Assembly (NCBI GenBank): GCA_040437565.1 | Contig: JBDOQK010000002.1 | Coordinates: 620,001 to 684,000 of the forward strand | DNA length: 64,000 nt | Origin: Albugo candida | Lineage: Eukaryota | Reading direction: 5' to 3' | In this document: positions 57,183 through 64,000 of the stretch, piece after piece | Layout of the letters: each line of letters begins with the position of its first letter | Numbering within the stretch: the stretch's first letter is position 1 | The notes under the pieces: model-generated | Database searches by the model: none | The model's input: only the letters and a program-made list of their open reading frames with translations | What the model was told of the DNA's origin: nothing | Position numbers and translations under genes: made by a program

Positions 57183-59463
57183 TCATACACTTCTCCATTC
57201 TCTGATCCAGTCGTTCTCATCCATTAATTGTTGAGACGCTAGTTTCCAAGATTCTATATCCTTTTCATTGTGACAATCAACTCCATGTCGTTTCAATATG
57301 GAAATAATCAAATTTGTTGGAGTCAAGAGCAATTCCGCTGGTGTTGCAAGCTTCTCCGAATTTAAAATGCTCAGAGTACTATCAGATGATATGATCTTCC
57401 TCATACCATCTTCGAGTTCTTCCAAACGAGCCTATTTTAGCAATCGGTAGTCAACGTGTCACAATCGAAATCGCAAGGTACCTGGAAGATATAATCCTCA
57501 AGCTCAAGCACATTGATATCAGACACCAGATCACGTGGAAGGGATTTTATTATCTGTAATGGGGAAGCAGATGCAAGGTCACCACGCGAGTTGATTGATG
57601 CCTTTTGTAAGAGCGATCCGTGCCGAGAATTGACAATATCGTTAATTTCGTCGTCCACAAGAGTGCAGGCTCCATCGCGGCCTATATGCATCAGCTAGGT
57701 TATGATGTAGACAGAAAATCGTTCAGTAAACTATAGGCGCCATAGAAACGAGTTGGTACTTCTTTGCATGTCCATCGTTCAAGATCAATATGAACCACGT
57801 CAGTATCTCTGAAATTAATGATACGAGATTTATTGCAATCATCGCAGTAAACTGTTATCCGGTCTGGTAAGTTCTTTGCGTGAATTGGATGGATGAAAGT
57901 GAGACTTTCTGTATCATTCTGACTTATACTTTCGCTATCCAAATGCTGCAATTCCATCCGTTTTTGAGCGGAAAGAGCCATTGCTTCCCTGAGCGCCTGA
58001 TTTAATAAATCATCGTCGTTGTGTCTCGAATCATTCGTGCTCTCTTCGTCGTCTTCTTTTTCCTCCTTTTCATCGTGGATTTTTGTTGTAGTCTTATTTG
58101 TTTTTTTCAACGCCTTTTGATAGGCTTCGTTTGCCTACAATGCATTCGTGATGGTGATCCGAGAGCGAGGAAAAACAGAACAAACATACGCGAGCTTCTA
58201 GTGCTTTTTTAGAGAGTTTTCTGGTGCCAAAAGAAGTATAAAATAATGACTGAGCGAATCCAATAACGTATTGCTTACCTGGTTCGGGCATCCAAGAACG
58301 ACCAATCTTCTCGGGGTAAAAGCGTCATAAGACCTTTGGCAACATCGCCATTGTATAGCCGAGCGAGATTCCAAAAGACTCTGCTCGTTGTGAGTAATCA
58401 GAAAAAGGCGCTAGAGATATAAGCATATATCGTGCCTGGGTGAACATTGCGCCATGTTAAAGGGCTTCAACATTTCTTTTCCGGTCTCGCCACCAGAAAG
58501 AAGAACGTATTTGAGGATCGCGTGAAGCTCTACTGACTGCAGCATGGAAACTTTTTCTTCAGTCCATTTTCGTACTCCTTCTTTGTACTTGACAATCATT
58601 GCTCTTCCTTCATCATTTCCATCAGAAATGTCCGAGCCACTCGTCACATTAAAATGATTGCTCAATGCCGCATGTAAACGAGCACTTGCACGAGTTATCT
58701 GGTACTGGTAATCTACAGCGTTCCGTGTGGTAGCACGAAAAAACTTTGAAGCATTGGTACTGGAGCCGTCAGCTGAAACAGCACGCAAGAGTTTTGTCTC
58801 GACATCTTCTTTGGACGAGAAATCAACTCGAGCCCTTTTCTGACCAAAAGTATGGGATTTTTTCTCGCTCCCTTCATCTTGAGAGCTTTCTTCCGTGGTT
58901 TTGCCAAGTATGAATCCTTTCTTTGAAAATTTATTTGACTTCGAGGTGGTCCTCACGCTTTTATTTGATACAAGTGAGTGGATCCCAACTTTTCTAGTAG
59001 ACTCGTTCTCTTTTCGTGAGTGATTACTGGCAACAATTTTTCTCTTTTGCTGTGGTACGGACGATCCTGACGTTGAGACATCGGATATCGACATTTCTGA
59101 GTTTTCGGTGGCGTTTTTAACAGTGCAGAGTGAGACGATAATCGTGTCATTGTTATGCATTACATCCTTCACAAAATCTTGTTTACGTGATGCATTGAGT
59201 ACGACAGGAGGAAATCCGGTGCGGACTGTGAAGTAGAGAATTAGCACCTTCGAATGCATTCACAACAACGCATACGCTGGATTCTGTCGTCTACTGAGTA
59301 CCCCAACTGCTGCTTGATGTAATCTGTGATTCCACAAATTAGACATTATAATGGCTATAAACTCAATCTTATTACTCTGAAGCACCTCAATACGCTCGTA
59401 TTCGTCCCATTCGATCCTCCGGACGGTACCATTTGGTCCACGTAGCTGGAGATTCCATGTCAT
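57183..59463 (-). CDS. multi-exon protein with ubiquitin-like (UBX/OTU1-type) N-terminus, UIM and CW-type zinc finger
   Basis: LQLRGPNG...RTGFPP; DDDLLNQALREAMALS; VYCDDCNKSR...WTC...GAC; conserved-looking KPFNMAQCSPRVFWNL block. Confidence 0.65.
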
Positions 59464-59648
59464 TGTCACGCGGTTTACTAAATCGCACACAGCGCTAAGT
59501 CCGATTGAAGATTGCGTCAGTGTGTAGCGGAAGCGGTCTGATGTGTTGTGAAGGAACAAAGACATAATGAAAGTACTAATGAAGTAAGCAAAATATCCTA
59601 TTAGCATAGGGCATCCGATCGCACCTATGCACACGAGATTTGAATTTA

Positions 59649-60599
59649 TTATAGCAACTCCGGCGCTACCATACTTTGCATTGGAACAAGCACGTTCTTT
59701 TTCCAGTGCCGATACCAGAACAGTTTGTAAAATATCCTATGGAAGAAAGACAAAGCATTTTTGTATGCAAATGAACCTCTCTGCTGATCCCATGGTTTAC
59801 TGCATTCGATGATCCACGGAATCATTGCTCGTTTGGGTCGGATAATATGGAAGACTTTTGGCATCATATATTTTACAAATTCGTCCTCTGTAAAAGTGCG
59901 TGATAAAGCTGGATGAAAAAGTCTTTCCTCTATCGTAAGCGTTTCATTCACTATTGTTCCCAGCTTTTGGATGTCTTCTTGAATTCGAGTGAGAAAAAAC
60001 GATTTTCGAGTGTCATCGTCCAAGTACCTGGGATTTGCATGAAGACTGTTCTTTATTTCCAGAATCTTTTCCATAAGGGCGATGATATCGGTATAGCTTT
60101 CCAAGATCCGCAATTTCTCGTTGTAGCGTAAATGTAAGAATGGGAACAATAGCTTGGTCTTGACACGATACTGACATTTTATATAAACCATGAAGTACTT
60201 ACGATACCAGCGAAAAAACGTAAAAAGAGCTTTTTTAGGAGAGCTGCTAGAAGACATGAGACAGTTGAAAAGTGAGTTCATTATGCATATACAATGTCGC
60301 ATTGGTTCGTGTAATCCGAGTAGGAATTTCCCATTCCATTGTTGAGATTCGATTTTTGAGAGACCATTCGAGTGTCCTGCTGTCCCACCTGACTTGATGT
60401 TCGTTATTAGTTCGGAAGCGATGATGCTGTAATCCATTTCTTGACAATTATTACGATGGTCGAACGGAAATGGCGATAGTATGTGACAAGAGGAAGCAGA
60501 TGAAGTCTTCAGCGAGTGATCAGGTTGTACAACTTTGTTGATTTGTTTCCTATCAGTTTTCATTCCACACCTCAATACACAAGGGCTACCTTCTTCCAA
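59649..60599 (-). CDS. hemerythrin (HHE)-like domain protein with degenerate ligands; start uncertain
   Basis: LHEPMR, FFRWY...LLFPFL, TLTIEERLFHPALSRTFTEDE, MIPWI. Confidence 0.6.
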   Translation of the reverse strand: MEEGSPCVLRCGMKTDRKQINKVVQPDHSLKTSSASSCHILSPFPFDHRNNCQEMDYSIIASELITNIKSGGTAGHSNGLSKIESQQWNGKFLLGLHEPMRHCICIMNSLFNCLMSSSSSPKKALFTFFRWYRKYFMVYIKCQYRVKTKLLFPFLHLRYNEKLRILESYTDIIALMEKILEIKNSLHANPRYLDDDTRKSFFLTRIQEDIQKLGTIVNETLTIEERLFHPALSRTFTEDEFVKYMMPKVFHIIRPKRAMIPWIIECSKPWDQQRGSFAYKNALSFFHRIFYKLFWYRHWKKNVLVPMQSMVAPELL

Positions 60600-61256
60600 T
60601 CGGCGTTACTCGTACGTGCGGCTTGTCTGTTCCTATATTGAAGTGCAACAATGCTTCACATGGAACGTTGCACACTCTCACTGCGATATGGCTCTAAAAT
60701 ATACTTCAAGTTACACAGGATACCAAATCATGAAAAGCTTCAGCGAGTCAGATGGGACCCTCCATACCGGCTATTTATATTTGCAGTAACGCTCACTCAC
60801 GTCCAGATGGTGCATATTGAGCTTGCAGGAAGAGGTGACTCGGTCGATTATGCTATTTGCGACCGACTTTTAGGTTGATCATTTTATTATTTGAGCAAGC
60901 ACAATTCACAGCGCTTTAAAGTATAGATCTACTCAAAATGAGTCTCCTAAAATAAACACATCGAGGAAAGCATTTAGTGCTGATAAATGGATCTTGAGAG
61001 CCTCTTATCTCACACAGTGCTACGGGTAGGACGCACTTGATCTGATACTTTAGGCAATAATTGAGAAGTATTCGTATTTCTCAAGTAAATAGAAGAGATT
61101 GCATGTTCTTCTGTGGTACGATAGCGGCAGATTTCCATCAGATAATTCCCACCAGTTTCAGGAAACCATACATCGACTTTACGGTCTTGAGCTCGATTCA
61201 AGTCAAGCAGACCTGATCGATGCAGAAGAACTACGTCGATGATGATACATAACAAG

Positions 61257-61628
61257 TCATTTCATGTATCTCGATATTGTTATGCTGTGTTATGTCACCA
61301 TTGATCCATTTGCGCATCCAAATGCGCCTACTGTCTCCGTTAACGCGGCCGTGCGCTCGATGGAGTGTTCGGCTTGAGGCTGACATTGCACGNNNNNNNN
61401 NNNNNNNNNNNNNNNNNNNNNNNNNNNNNNNNNNNNNNNNNNNNNNNNNNNNNNNNNNNNNNNNNNNNNNNNNNNNNNNNNNNNNNNNNNNNTCATTTCA
61501 TGTATCTCGATATTGTTATGCTGTGTTATGTCACCATTGATCCATTTGCGCATCCAAATGCGCCTACTGTCTCCGTTAACGCGGCCGTGCGCTCGATGGA
61601 GTGTTCGGCTTGAGGCTGACATTGCACG
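61257..61628. repeat. 136-bp direct duplication flanking a 100-N gap, probable assembly artefact
   Basis: 61257-61392 = 61493-61628. Confidence 0.9.
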
Positions 61629-63349
61629 GAACAATTTCTATTTTTCTACAAAAGATGTCACGGATGTCGCAGCTGCTTCTCTACGCAAAGTACTTCCTCC
61701 GTATCAATCTTATTGTGTGACACAAGCAACCATGGCAATATATGACATAGGGCCTCAAGGAGAAGAATTCTAGTGGGAAAATATCTGTCACAACTGAGGA
61801 GACTCATAAATCAGAGAGGCCACCAATTCTAACAGATAAAGATCTCGACAATCACAATCGCTTTTCAAGCGCTTGGCTAACAGATCAACAAAATAAAGGA
61901 TTTGATTCTGCAAGTTTTGCGCCTCGAATCATTGTAGTGGGTGTTGGAGGTGCCGGAGGCAATGCAGGTATAGCTTATGCTACTTTTCGATCTCTTGAGG
62001 AGATGAGTCTATTGTACATTTAAAGTGAACAATATGATCGCCAGAGGACTGCAAGGAGTAGATTTTATGGTGTGCAACACTGATGCGCAGCATCTGCAGA
62101 CAACATTGACAGAGAATCGAGTACAAATGGGTCCCAAATTGACTGGAGGTCTAGGCTGTGGAGCCAATCCCGAGCTGGGGTACTGTGCTGTCAAAAAGTA
62201 GCAAGTTACATCAAGTTCTTACACCCCTTCTAGTCGGGAAGCTGCTGAAGCTGCTATAAATGAAATTCTGGAGCGGATTGATGGATTCAATATGGTCAGA
62301 ATAGAATCCTTGTAAAGCTGGTACCTCTGGACTCAATGTAAAATATATAGATGTTTGTGACGGCTGGCATGGGTGGCGGCACAGGAACGGGAGCTGCTCC
62401 AGTCATCGCGAGAGCTGCAATGGACGCGGGGATCTTAACTGTTGGAGTCGTTACCAAGGTACCTAGTTCAAATAAAGTCGAGTCAGCCTACAAGCTCAGC
62501 TTTTACACTATGATAGCCATTCCGTTTCGAAGGAACACATCGGGGAAAGTTGGCGGAATCGGGACTGCTGGAGCTCAAACAGAGTGTCGATAGCTTGATA
62601 GTCATTCCAAATCAGAATCTGTTCAATGTATCGACTGCACAAACATCATTGATGGATGCTTTTAGGTGCGCCATGACATCACCAATCAAGTTGAATCGGA
62701 TGAGTAATTTGGTGTGATTATAGGCTCGCGGATGATGTGCTTTTGGCAGGAGTAAAGAATATTTCCGATCTCATGGTCATGCCCGGGCTGATCAATCTGG
62801 ATTTTGCAGACATTCAATCAGTATATCCGCGAGTGTCACAAGCGAATCGTACATTTGACAGCTTGTATGTTAGGTCATGTCAAACATGGGAATCGCCATG
62901 ATGGGAAGCGGAGAAGCTGAAGGTGAAAATCGGTAAGATCATCGACAGCATCTTTTCTTTCATTCATTGTACGGTTCAGTGCTCTACTTGCCGCCGAAGC
63001 TGCGCTAGCAAATCCGCTTTTAGGCGATATTTCAATCAAGGTATCGTTTTCATACAATCGAAGAAAAGCTCACTTTGAAAGCCGTCCTAGGATGCGAAAG
63101 GAATGCTCGTCAATATCACAGGCGGTTCAGATTTGACATTGTTTGAAGTCGATGAAGCAGCTGAGCGTGTCACGCGAGTAAGCTGTTGCGCTTTCTGGGT
63201 ACATCTGACTGTGGCTAATTTTGAATTACAAGGAAATTGAGGATCCGCACGCGAATATCATTTTTGGATCAAGCTTTGATGAGTCTTTAAACGGGAAACT
63301 ACGCACATCCATAGTAGCAACAGGAATGTCGGACCTGGATAAAAAATGA
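61558..63349 (+). CDS. ftsZ: nucleus-encoded, probably mitochondrial FtsZ, about 10 introns
   Basis: [63 protein letters not shown]; Arg-rich presequence-like N-terminus [17 protein letters not shown]. Confidence 0.95.
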
Positions 63350-63380
63350 TATTAACGCAATCGAGTTTAACAGTATACAT

Positions 63381-64000
63381 TTACAACGTGAAGCTATGCT
63401 GAGTTCCCATAGACAATCGTGACGAGTCACTGGAGAGTGATTCATACGCAAGCCACATGCTACTGAGGCGTTCCATGATATCTGCTGTTGTGCAGGCAGC
63501 ACCTTCGGGAATGACGACTTCTCTCATGGCTTGCTCTAATGGAAGTGCATCATCATGACACTTTTCGCTGCTGCTTTCGAACATATTGTTGGAGACGAAG
63601 CTAACTTCTTCTGTGGTACCTTCAGAGCTCTGACTGTGAGAATCACGATCACTTTCTGCTCGGGAAAATTCAATCTGGTTCGACTCCGGCTCTTTCAAAG
63701 CTTCGCTCTTGTTGCGATAGCATTGATGCAAGCAAAAAGTCGATTGAATTTTACAAAGATCTGATGTACCAACAGGTTGCGCTCCTCGAAGCAAAAATGC
63801 ACGCAGCACTTCTCTTACTCGCAGACCACAATTCCTACATTCGGATGTCTCTCCAAGAAAAACGATCTGGACGAGCGATCGGAGAAACTCCTGAAGCACT
63901 GCGACACGTTTACGTACATTTCGATTGGTTCGAAAAAGGCTTTTATTTGGAAATGACATTTCCATCAGATGATTTGTGAAAATCACGCAACCGGGGCAAT
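63381..64000 (-). CDS. PX-domain protein with two CxxC pairs, 5'-truncated by the window edge
   Basis: CPGC at the window edge, FPNKSLF, RKRVAVLQEFL, CRNC. Confidence 0.75.
   Translation of the reverse strand, partial: CPGCVIFTNHLMEMSFPNKSLFRTNRNVRKRVAVLQEFLRSLVQIVFLGETSECRNCGLRVREVLRAFLLRGAQPVGTSDLCKIQSTFCLHQCYRNKSEALKEPESNQIEFSRAESDRDSHSQSSEGTTEEVSFVSNNMFESSSEKCHDDALPLEQAMREVVIPEGAACTTADIMERLSSMWLAYESLSSDSSRLSMGTQHSFTL

Noticed and set aside
61010-61255. 81-codon minus-strand ORF
   Set aside because: Non-ATG start, no recognisable motif or clear splice structure
61558-63349. Bacterial contamination or endosymbiont insert suggested by ftsZ (and the ROK kinase)
   Set aside because: Both genes carry many spliceosomal introns and sit among eukaryotic genes
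1-64000. CRISPR arrays, tRNA/rRNA genes, intact transposons, RXLR/CCG/CRN effectors
   Set aside because: No repeat-spacer arrays, cloverleaf or rRNA signatures, transposase/RT motifs, or signal peptide plus effector motif were recognised by eye; dedicated scans were not run

Overview
Eukaryotic, very gene-dense, intron-containing DNA (introns mostly about 45-70 nt, intergenic gaps often <150 nt) from a scaffolded draft assembly. Gene content and compaction point to a flagellated oomycete, most likely Albugo-like (inference). About 30 protein-coding genes can be traced. Well-supported calls are CFAP58, DDX11/ChlR1, an INTS11-like protein, a TRP-type ankyrin ion channel, CDC27, TRM10, a ROK sugar kinase, PAF1, a RING-H2 ligase, a transportin-3/importin-13-like karyopherin and mitochondrial FtsZ. 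Seven 100-N gaps are present, and six are flanked by direct duplications (35-1266 bp) that appear identical by eye and look like unmerged contig overlaps. No RNA genes, CRISPR arrays or intact transposons were recognised. The most notable observations are: an INTS11 orthologue missing nearly all metal ligands; a PH-VPS9-PDZ-ankyrin-RasGEF multidomain gene; a candidate SYCP2/Red1-like meiotic axis protein; two PX proteins with shared CxxC pairs; a TRM10 stop codon in frame with a downstream catalytically dead SGNH protein; and a GET2/CAML candidate. All family calls come from motif recognition by eye, and exon boundaries are manual estimates.
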